A stretch of DNA of 63,147 bases, the filler included, from Sphaeroforma arctica JP610 (Eukaryota), in the NCBI RefSeq assembly GCF_001186125.1. It is 3 parts of one record of this genome, joined end to end, with 100 filler letters (N's around TTAATTAATTAA, not from the genome) between each part and the next. Parts side by side here need not be neighbours in the genome. Positions count along the whole stretch, not along the records: positions 51,448 to 63,147 come from NW_014040552.1; 2 more parts are not named here. The stretch is one strand, 5' to 3'. The translations under genes and the position numbers were made by a program. Shown here one piece after another: positions 52,225 through 63,147 of this stretch. The notes beneath the pieces are model-generated. The model was not told the DNA's origin and ran no database searches. It was given only the letters and a program-made list of their open reading frames with translations. How positions within the stretch are numbered: the first letter of the stretch is position 1; every line of letters begins with the position of its first letter.

Positions 52225-55200
52225 CCATATCTGGTAATTTATTCAGCTCACCTGGGACATGTGTTATCACTAAGTTGAATTGCGCAATAATGTGATGCCA
52301 TCGTTGCAGCATACTGTTCAATTTCAGTTCGGTGTTCATGTACACCAGCGCCTTGTGGTCCGCATGCACAGTAAATTGTTGGCCCATTAGATGATCATGG
52401 AAGTGGACCAATGCATATGTAAGTGCTAACAGTTCCTTCATCGGTGTCGCGTATGTCTGCTGTGCCTTGTTGAGAGTCTTCGAAAAGAACATCAGGTAGT
52501 GCTTGCGGCCGTCAATCAGCTGAAGTAATGCACCTCCATTACCATAATCACTGGCGTCAGTCTCTAATTCGAATGGAACCCCGTCAACCGGAAAATTTAA
52601 CCGTACTGCAGACACGATTGCCTTCTTCATCTGATCCCACGCCAGTTAATGTTCTGCTTTCCAACGACCCCTAATCGGTTCCTTCGGCTTGAGTTTCGAG
52701 AACGATCGTAGTGGGGCCACTTTATGTGCAAAGGTAGGTAAGTGCTCATGTAGAAAGTTCGACAACCCCAATGCAGATGCTATGTTCCTTTGACATCGCG
52801 GCATTGGCCAGTCCATCAGCCGTTGTTGCTTTTCATGATCAACGTCAATTCTTTTTGCCGAAACCTTCTTCCCCAGGACCATCACCTCGCTTGCTGCAAA
52901 GTGACACTTCTTCTGATTAAGCTTGAAGTTGTTCTCGGTAAGCCGTCGGATGACCTCCTCCACTGTTGCAATATGTTCTTCGTAGTTATCAGATGCAATT
53001 ATAAGGTCATCGACATAGCACTGCACGTCTAAACCCGCCATCAGATTACTGATTATATGCTGGAATTGAGACGTGAGTGTCGACAATCCGAATGGAGCCG
53101 AAGTGAAAGAGTATTGGTGACTGCCCCAAGTAAACGAGAACATATGTTGTGAGTCCTCGTGAACTGGAAGGCGATATTAGGCTGCTGATAAATCTAATGT
53201 GGTATATTATCGCTTGCCTCTTAAGTTACTAATAATCTCATTAACCTTCGGTAATGTAAACTGGTCTCCCGGAATAAGGGCGTTGATTTGTCGCAAATCC
53301 AAACATACCCGAACCTTAATGAGTTCTCTCGATGGTGTAAATGATGGTACTGCTAGTGACGGTAGGTTGACCACTGACGACGACGTACGACGCTTGATGA
53401 CCATTTTATGTTCCCATTTATGTACCTGTTGTGTGACGTGTGGTTTGTACTTGTCTGACACAAAGTTCCGTGTTTGTCGTCGAAGGCCCAAAAGTTTATC
53501 TCAAGGTCTGGGAAGGGACACATCGCTGTCTGGTAGAGTATATTGAGCCACATCCAAAATGGTCTCGTTGGCATCTAAGTACTGTCGTAGACGTTGCCGT
53601 ATATCCTCAGGTTCGGACAAGTCTGGTGCCGTGCGAATATCGATCGGTTCGAGTAGTTCATCCATAACATTACGTATGATTTCAGGAAACGGTGTGGATA
53701 GTCCCGCAAGACCTAAGCCCAATTCGCCCATAATATCCATTCCCAGAATTACACCAATGTTATCGGGTAAATTTATAAGTTCAAACGTACAACCTGCAGC
53801 AGACTTTGTACCATATTGAACCGTCGTGGCGTGTGTCTTGCCGAGGCGCGGAGTCCGAAAAGCTTTATCCGCCAAGTATATGTAACTATCCTTAGCTGGT
53901 GGTGTAATAGACAGTTGCGCCTTTGCTGCGGATGCCTGAGTAATAACGGAGCGGTTCGCCCCCGTATCAATGAGTGTACGTATCGCATGTCCGTTGACTT
54001 GTAACGTAACATATACACGGTTGTCAGTAGGGAAAAGTATATCTTTTACTGCGAATATTCTTGTTGCCGTTCGACCAAACGTCACGCACACGATTAACTC
54101 AGACACCCCAACATCTCAATTTGAGCTTGGTTCCGCTTCCCAATCGGCTGGCCCTTGCTCGGCCTCCAACTCATCTTCACTGTCGACATACGACTCGTCG
54201 ACCAGATCATGAATATGCATCAACTCGCTCTCTCCTACCTCAGCTGGCGTCGGATCAGGCATCTGATCACCCCCATCCACGAGATTAACTCGAGGGCGGA
54301 AGTTATTATCCGGCGCCTGTGTACGGTGTGGTGGCGCACCCCCATGTTGCGTATGGCTGCCCCTGTTAGTTAGAGCCGGTGCTCGCAGTAACTTAGGGCA
54401 ACGTGGTGCGTGTGTGGGGCCAGGAGAGAGATTCTGCTCACATGACCGACAGCGAGCCCTAGGGTTCGATGCTGGCTGCGCATGCGGATTAGCTCGTGTT
54501 GTGGCCTCCACACGCGTTCGATACTATGATTGCGGTACACTTGTAGCGGATTCTCATACTGTCGCATCTCCATAAAGTCGACTTTGCGTTCAAAATCCCG
54601 GAGTTGTGTCTCGAGTTGCACCGAAGGGTTTAACTTCATGCACGCCAATACATTTCTGTATGCGTATTCCTCCAGATATTGTTCGTGTGTGCGTACAATA
54701 TAAGCAGTGGCGTCCTGAAACGACATAGACTGCAATTTTTGCTCGTTCTCCACAATAAAATCCAAAAGCGTCTTGGTTGCTCCTTCTTTCTGTAGTGCCC
54801 TATTTAGGCCCATCTGCATATGAATCGGGTCTAATTTGTGAAATTTTGCATTCTTATGCCAATCCAAAAAAAACAAAACGCATGCAACTGTATCTTCTGC
54901 GGATTACCAAATAAAATCTGCTCTGTGGATTAGGTGGCCATTCCTCGGGTGTCCGTTTATCGACCGTTATTGAGCGAGTCTTCAAAGTCTCGTTAGATGT
55001 ACGAATTAAGCCCTGCAACGAACGAGCGTCCTCAGTGCGTCCCTCAGCTTCTACTTACATCATACGTCGGGTGAGAAGAAATACCTGCGTTTTCATAAAT
55101 ACACGCCTCCGTAGGTGGTGATATCTTACATCGTTTCACCTCCTGCGGGTCTTCCAGGTAGCGATCGTAGTAAACAGGGAAGTGCTTACGGTATGCAAGC

Positions 55201-56160
55201 GTATCGATAGGTACATTTGCATTATCCTGACAGTTCTCCGTCCTTTCTTCTGGAGATTGCGGACGACGATGCTGTTGTAATTTGTCCCTGAATAAATTTG
55301 CTGCCGCTTGACCGTGAGTAGGCTGTTGGCGTGGAGATTTCATCACTCTGCAAAATACCTCAAAGGACCGCTTCGCCGACGATGACAAATTTTGAGGGGT
55401 AGCCATGTCCAAAAAAAATTCTACCAGGTGATTTCACCAAAGTTGTCGACTCCTGATACCAATCCGGACCATCAGCCGGCATCTCATCAGGAGTCGGAAT
55501 TGTCTTGGCTCGATTTTGAGCGTTCCTTAGCAACCGCTCTCTGCGCGTAACATGAACATTCTCGTAAGAAGCCACTTGAGGTACGGGCTTCGTGCGGGCA
55601 ATCCTGCGCTTCACCGGGCTAATTTTTTTAATATCAATAGCCCCGCTGCCAGGTGACTTGTCAGTTGATGGCAACTATGCCTGTGTTGAGTATTGAGGAG
55701 CCCAATGTTGTTGCACGGTTGGCTCGGCCTCGGTCTCAGAAAAATCATCATCCACTGTCGCCTGGGCCGTGTCCTGGGGCATAGACGTGTTAATATCTGC
55801 CAGTGACAATTGTCGGAGTTGACGGAGTTGCTCTTGAATGAGGCGACTCTTTTCCCTTGCCTCCTTAACATGTATCAACGTATTCAAGTGTCTTGCTTGA
55901 TCTGCAATCCATGCTGGGACTCGGCTAAACCTATCAAAGGTTCGGATTGAGTATTGGGCTTCCAAAAGCAAATGAGTCAATTCCAAATGGATCCCCACCT
56001 TCTCGTCGTCTCGGGGTGCAGATTTCTTGTCACGTGCTGTATCCACGTATAGCTCGGTCAAATGTCGAATCGGTCCAAGCAACCGTTTCAGCAGCTGGTC
56101 ACAGGCTTGCTTACCCACCGCAGGCAACGGTCTTGTCTCGGGTCCCGTAATCGTTGTAAA
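52061..56160 (-). mobile_element. Decayed Ty3/Gypsy-type retrotransposon internal region: gag-like, aspartic protease, RT, RNase H, then a Dam-like methyltransferase fragment
   Basis: gag-like ORFs 54370-54876 and 54116-54511 (CRSC..H..C knuckle); protease LIDTGANRSVI (53501-54106); RT VRVCLDLRQIN, PFGL, YVDD (52646-53491); RNase H TDASDYGNGGAL..KELLA..ADHKAL (52211-52630); multiple stops and frameshifts. Confidence 0.93.
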
Positions 56161-59100
56161 ATAAATAAAAAGTAAACTAAGTCGCTTCTTAGTTAATTAA
56201 CCTTTAAAGAACGTAGTATAATAAATACAGTAGCTCGGTCACTTAAAAAGGGTGGTCAAAACCAAGTAACACTTAATAAAGAGTGTTAAGTCTGAAATAA
56301 ATGAAATAAGTCAGAAGTGCCGTTTTGATCGGCGCGTCTGCTGTATATATTATCACGTTCCTATATGGAACAATATTTTCTCTAACAATGGGTAATTATG
56401 AAAATTNNNNNNNNNNNNNNNNNNNNNNNNNNNNNNNNNNNNNNNNNNNNNNNNNNNNNNNNNNNNNNNNNNNNNNNNNNNNNNNNNNNNNNNNNNNNNN
56501 NNNNNNNNNNNNNNNNNNNNNNNNNNNNNNNNNNNNNNNNNNNNNNNNNNNNNNNNNNNNNNNNNNNNNNNNNNNNNNNNNNNNNNNNNNNNNNNNNNNN
56601 NNNNNNNNNNNNNNNNNNNNNNNNNNNNNNNNNNNNNNNNNNNNNNNNNNNNNNNNNNNNNNNNNNNNNNNNNNNNNNNNNNNNNNNNNNNNNNNNNNNN
56701 NNNNNNNNNNNNNNNNNNNNNNNNNNNNNNNNNNNNNNNNNNNNNNNNNNNNNNNNNNNNNNNNNNNNNNNNNNNNNNNNNNNNNNNNNNNNNNNNNNNN
56801 NNNNNNNNNNNNNNNNNNNNNNNNNNNNNNNNNNNNNNNNNNNNNNNNNNNNNNNNNNNNNNNNNNNNNNNNNNNNNNNNNNNNNNNNNNNNNNNNNNNN
56901 NNNNNNNNNNNNNNNNNNNNNNNNNNNNNNNNNNNNNNNNNNNNNNNNNNNNNNNNNNNNNNNNNNNNNNNNNNNNNNNNNNNNNNNNNNNNNNNNNNNN
57001 NNNNNNNNNNNNNNNNNNNNNNNNNNNNGTGTTACAACACGTGCGCACAGATCTCCATCCACCTCATATTCTGTAGAGCTATTAAATTGTGTGGTATACA
57101 TTCCATTGTCACTGAATTATTTTACCTTTTGTAGACCTACATCCAGTTCACTCCTGTCCTAGTCTTCTCGAATTTTTTTCGCAACTGCATCAAAACAAAG
57201 AAGACGATATTCATCCACAATAGTCCAAGCTGGTGCTTCTGGTTCGGACCGAGTTCTCATTATCACAGATTTTTGAGATGCCTTTGCCTCTCTATCTTGC
57301 TCTTTCTTCCTACAGGCTGAAAATTTTGTATGTTGGGGTTATCTTTCACCCACGACACTACAGAAAAATAAATAATATTATCCCTACAGAAATCACATCG
57401 TCACGTTTTTTCAGCCTCCGCACTTGCTGAAGGAATACCCATGATGCCAAGATTCCAATTCAATGGGGTAGAACCTGGCATTGTTTCGATGTGTTTCCAG
57501 CTTTCAGGTACTACCGTCCAATCTGTTTCATCTTCATCGTCATCATCTAACATTAAATTTAATGCCATGCTTGTTGTTTTATTTTGTGCATCCTGTAGAC
57601 GAAAAAGACTGGTGCTATCTATTGATTCACTAACGCTGTCTGGTAGTGAAAACCCTTGTGATTCAGCTACCGATAGGGTTTCGTAAAGACAACGTCTCTT
57701 CGTCTATCGATGACTACATTTCGTGATCTAGAGACGATTGTACTGCTTGATTATGGCCTACGGGCATCGAATCCGACAGGTCATCACTACCAAGCTTTGT
57801 TTCCGGAATAAGAAAACTTTCGCTATACACGTCACCCATAGTCAAACGGAAGGTCACCAAATATGTAGCAGTAGGTGTTATAATTATATACGTAAATGTT
57901 GTTTGGATATACAGGTGCTGGGTCGGGTGTAAAAATATGACTATACTTTGAGCATTATCTCCTCCAATCATATCCTTGTTCACATTATTACATTTTTCAT
58001 TTCATTTTTCACTGCCGTCCTACTTCGCAAGTTGAAAAAAGAAGTTAATGAAATTTCATTTTATTTCCAAAAATTTCACTGCGTAAAAATGTCATTTTTT
58101 TGTGAAATTTCAGTGAAATTTCACTAAATTCGGCGGCAGGACTGACCCTTAGAATCCGCCCTAATTTGCTCTCTAGCTAAACTGGAATCCATTCAAAGTC
58201 GTGTTTTAAAAGTATTCCCATTTTTTCATTTATGCCGATTTTGTAACACTCATAACTCTGTTGATATTGATTTTTTTTCCATGGTTATCCGAAGTTAACG
58301 AGAGGAAGCCGTAGCCGTTGTAAAAATCGAGATTGGACAATTATTTCGAGGCCCATTATAGTTTGAATATCGGGCCCCGGGAGGCGCAGGTTCTTGCCCC
58401 TCTGCACCATACCACTAATATTTCTGATGACTCTAATATCAGACATATTCCAATCCTAATTCCAAAACTCAATATTTGATTATTCTGGGTTTGGGATTTG
58501 GATTGGCTTTTTGATAATCTGGTCCCTAAATGCTACAATTCTTCTACGCTGCCAACGCCCATTGTATGACAGCTCTTGCCTCTCGTCAAATAAGTGATTG
58601 CGAGACGTGGTGCTATGCTGCCTCCCACTTCTCTATTGTAGCGCAGTGAAGCCGCCAAGTGTAGCAAAACTAGTGGTATTTGACAATGTAATACGCAATG
58701 TTGTCAGAAGTTCCGAAGTCGAGTACAATTTTACAATAGTACTTCGTTGTTTAATATGCATAATATTGAAGAAGAACTGTAGACCATTTCTATGAACAGT
58801 GATCAAATTGGAATATTGCATTTCTTTTTCTCTCAAGAAGGAACGTAGTGTTATCGTGTAAACAATAGTTTAGCGCACAAATTTTATTTTGTATAAGATG
58901 AGAACACTGAAAGGATAAGAGAAATAACCGAGCGTGGTGATTCAGCATTGTTCAGTTATGCAGACATAAAAAGCACCCGCAGCACAGCAACGTCAAAGCT
59001 ACAACCATAACAAGCTTGCGTTTGATCCGAAGACGTTACTCGGAAATCAGTGCAATTTGTTCGAGGTACTAAATTGTAATATTGGCTACTTATTTTAGGC

Positions 59101-61865
59101 AATCATAGAAGCCAACATTCACAATAAAAACATTAAATAAAAATGCCCAGGCGGTTCGGTCATTAGAACATTTGTGTATTATTCTACAAGTTGCAGGATA
59201 GAAGCCCAACCGCAACAAGCAAGAGTCAACGTCGTTCGGACCTAAGTTCTAGCCACTGGATTTGCAAAACCTCACCCCTTCCTAGCTAGATGGGAGCAAG
59301 AACGTACGAATTAATTGGGTTCGCCAGAAGAAGAAGAAAAAAAAGTCCAATCGAGTAAGTCATTGACGGCTCACGAAAACTCGTCACTAGGTCCGGGTCG
59401 CTAGAATCTACCTCACTTATCTCTATCACCATTTGACACCTCCAGACCCTGGCAGATTATTCTATAAAATAATGCAGCATTTTATCCCCGTTAGCGAGTC
59501 TCATGGCGGACAATACTACGAAAAAATGTAGTCCAAAAATACGAATGAGTCACATACTTGCATGCTGCTGTCTATTTCATACTCTGAGGTAACATCAGGG
59601 AAGGCAGGTAGTTAGCGGTATGCTTTTCGATATTCACCGGACGAAGCACACGTGAGATGTGCATTTATCTATTGAATTTAATAGAACGATGGTAAGACAA
59701 AATGGAACGGCAACAAGAACACGTATGCGCAAAAAACAGTCACAGCAGATACGAAATGAGAAGTCGTTCAATGAATTTGAAGGAAAACGTGAGAAAAACT
59801 ATAATTTTTTAAATATATCCAGCGCTACAAAGATTCATTAGTCACATTAACCGATTTTAAACCAACAATTTCCGTTCTACTCCTACCACACTTCGCCTCT
59901 ACGTGAGCAGTACTTGACATAATTTAAACGAAATTAGTGGCCAATATATTCTAAGCATTCGTGATGAAAAGAGTGTGCGATAATTTTATTGAGCGAGTGT
60001 TATACACATCAAGAGAACACGGACTCGAGATAGAGCTATTCTCACATTCCAATAGACAGCTGGAGTGGAGCATGTTCTACACTTACGTAGTCACGAATTC
60101 ACTCCGCATCCGAATTTAACTTCCCACGCTACTCGCGAGATTCCTACTTGACTAATACATGTTCATTAATGAATGAAATTTTATACATGCACCATAACGA
60201 CTGCCCCTGTAGGTAAGTGGTAAACTTTAAATGTTTGATCGCACCTGTCAAGTCCCGAAGCACCACATTGCAAGGAAAGATCAGAACGATCCAATCATAT
60301 CTTCATTTGGTACCAACTTAGTTTGTATGACTGTTCTTTTGTGGTGTAGCTATTTGTAGAGATGCACTGCGATTTTTTCTTGTATTCCTTCGTTTAGTGA
60401 AGTTTTCTGAGACATCTTATCCTTCAGAATCAAGACTCCGCGCGGACCATCAGAAGTCTTAATCTCTTGTTGTTTTCGGCCACGTAAACCACAATTTATA
60501 TCTAGAGCCGAGGCTGATATTAGTATCCGGTGGATACGATAGGATTCTTCTTATCTTCTGTAGACGGAAATCAAATGTGAATTAATCGTGAACAGGTGCG
60601 TGTTACAGTCAAGGTTCTCAGAGCGTGGCCACACATCTAATAACGGCAGGTGTAGACAAGAATACAACTCCGCAGGAAAGGTCATTCAAAAATCAAGTAT
60701 GTGTTTAACAGTAACAGCGTGTTTGCACAGGTAGAGCACACATGCACCACGAACTTGCCTCACACCGCTGGATAGACGCACAATGCGTCTCCGTAAAATT
60801 ATTGTGCAGACTTTTGAATATAACCAATATAACAACCTTAATATCGTGGTGTTGCATGAACTAGCAAGTAATATGTTGCGATCTTGCTGTCAATTCTGAA
60901 CCACTACAAGTGACAAGAAAATGAGTCATAAAAACTTTTAAGAATGATCTGAACATTGAGAACATTATACCTTTCCGACTGCCGTCTGTGAATCTGGACA
61001 TGGTGGATACTTGCGTATACCTACTCGTCAAACTCGGCCTCCTTCGTCGTCGTGCATGACTATCCGTAACCTCATCATCAATAGCTATAGTCCTGATATA
61101 GTAAAAACAGAAGAGGTTCTCTTTCAGGAATTTGAGTTTTGCAAAAGTTCTACAGATCAAACCACACAGAGCAGCGGATAGAACGGACTCGGATTTATCA
61201 GTGATAGCAATGAAAGGTCACTGTGCTCGGTACTAGGAACTCCCAAACTAGACAGCACATCTCTACTATATTAAGCACACAAATGTAGTCTCTAGTCAGG
61301 ATCATAGCTCTATATCACACTTCGATGAATATGGATGTATAAATATTAGACCTATCACGTCACGTCGGTAAACAAAGAACCGCAAACGCATTCCTGATAA
61401 TGGGGCGTTCACATCTGCAATTTCGAGTGGTATACAGATTGGACTGCAAAGCACGACACACAGAAATCCTGACAAGTAGCACCAGAGAGCTACCGGTAGT
61501 CTCAGGCACCCCATACCACCGCTATAAACAACAGATCATATTTCTACAGGGATCAATAAACCTTTTAAATCTAGTGATGTTCATCAATTTAGTTCAAAGA
61601 GTACGTAGACACAACCAGAGGACAGCATATCGAACAAGTACAGACATGGCAGTGCATATATACAACAAGGGAGCAACATACACTTCAGCGCCATCACTGA
61701 TGGTAAGCTCGGGAACTACAGGCTTCCGACCCAGTACTATGTGAAACTCTCGACTCGGACAATTACAATCGCGGCGGAACCTGTGTATTCAAGGACGAGG
61801 GTGAAAGGAAAGGTCTATCGTCGATTGATGTCCTTACAGTTACCGCGTTTCACTATACACAGCAA

Positions 61866-62877
61866 CTAGCTAGCTATGTTTAACGCGACGTATTGATCAA
61901 ACAGTTGATTTTTCATGAACGTTTTAATATTTCCTAAACTTTCGCTGCCAAGCATACTCGAGGCGATTTTGGGCCTATAATACTCTTCGTTGGAGTATAG
62001 GCTTCTAGCACGACAGATATATGGAGATTCAAAAACCAGAATTACGCCCGATACCACAAATTCATACGAGAAGCTGTTTGCATACAGAAATCAGACAGTA
62101 CGCGTTTGCTCATTGGGGTTTCTCGTGTGCATGCACTACCCGATCATATTATAAACCGAGTACAACACACCGCCAATTGCAGCATCAAGAATTACACACA
62201 ATGACTTACGCTGCACTGACAGACTTAAATTGATGATGAATTTCCAAATCGAGCCCGGGGTTGAGCACGCTATACGTGGTTAACATTTCTTCCACTTCCT
62301 TGACTAATCTTTCCTCAGCCGCTCCTCGTACATCTGTTCGGTCCGCTTTATACAGCGCTCTGTGATAGTCCGATTCGTACACTGACCCCTGTTTGTTGTA
62401 TAAAAATGGATAGCACTCATATAAGTATGACGGCCAGCCGTAGAACAATCTACACGAGTTGGAAGCGACTTCACTGCAAAACTAGTAATCTCAGACCAGA
62501 GTGCCACGAAATTGCGAATGCGATATTACACTGAAATCAGATTATCTATAACCTAACGTGTTCTAGAGCACTCGCAAATAGCAAAAAAAAGAAAAAAAGA
62601 AGAACCCCCCAATTGAATTTGCTATATATCAACGTAGAAAAATGCTACATGATCATCACACCACAGATATGTAAACAACACCACTCACTGAGTCTGAATG
62701 ATCAAACACATCAGGCCGTACCTCATTCTTGTTTTTACCAAATCTTTTCGTTTTGGAGCTCTCTTTAGGTATATCCGTGTCAACTGCAAGCTGATTGAGC
62801 CCTTCCTCCGCCACAATGGCGGTGGAGATACTGTCGACGTTTCGAATTAACGACAAGAACATTTCCTCGTCTATGAG
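61866..62877 (-). pseudogene. 3' exons of an unidentified gene or pseudogene
   Basis: Exon-like open segments with AG/GT borders at 62722-62877, 62210-62449 and 61866-62073. The last two splice in phase (..HQFKSVSAAFSYEFVVSGVILVFESPY..), but the first does not join them in frame. No family recognised. Confidence 0.4.
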
Positions 62878-63097
62878 CTGAGAAGAGAGCAGGGAACAAA
62901 GTAGTGGACTATGAAGGCATATTCAATACTCAGCGAAATAGATATATCTGATCAGCAAGCAGCGATCGCACACTTATGTACAATTGCGCGTGTTGCACGA
63001 TACCCCTAGCAGCGCTTACTAAATCAGATAGACACAATATCAGGCTAGGCTGGCTGGAAATACGATCAACTTTACCATGCACTGATTTCGACCTGTG

Positions 63098-63145
<48 letters not shown>

Positions 63146-63147
63146 TA

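Noticed and set aside
58590..61520. Scattered exon-like segments (e.g. 60971-61092 minus with good AG/GT borders; signal-peptide-like ORFs at 58598 and 61302-61514)
   Set aside because: They could not be joined into a stop-free model and no family motif was recognised, so support is insufficient without RNA data.
1..63147. tRNA, rRNA or other structured RNA genes
   Set aside because: No convincing cloverleaf, A/B-box pair or rRNA signature was seen by eye. tRNAscan-SE/Infernal would be needed to exclude them.

Overview
Intron-rich eukaryotic nuclear DNA from a draft assembly: GT-AG introns, (TA)n/(TG)n microsatellites, N gaps, and two N-TTAATTAATTAA-N linkers that split the window into three blocks whose adjacency is unproven. 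The style resembles a unicellular holozoan such as an ichthyosporean, but this is inference only. Host genes, reconstructed by hand across exons: a membrane-anchored S1/P1 nuclease (-), an intronless PL14 (vAL-1-like) polysaccharide lyase (+), SSRP1/FACT with an HMG box (-, 5' end missing), a SAPS/PP6 regulatory subunit (+, 5' end missing), a four-finger C2H2 protein (+) and an Rv2258c-like SAM-dependent methyltransferase (-, 5' end missing). Mobile DNA: two MITEs, a decayed pogo/Tigger transposon, a Harbinger-like element carrying nested LTR copies and a TSD-flanked LINE-like fragment, and a decayed Ty3/Gypsy-type element. The most notable observation is not in the ORF track. After one frameshift is corrected, the Gypsy-type pol continues past RNase H into the N-terminal motif of a Dam-like (DIRS-type) DNA adenine methyltransferase, and an inserted LTR then cuts it off. 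Two other patterns stand out: intronic tandem repeats that repeatedly copy real splice sites, and short TTTAGGG telomere-like patches inside introns. All calls come from motif recognition by eye; no database searches were run.
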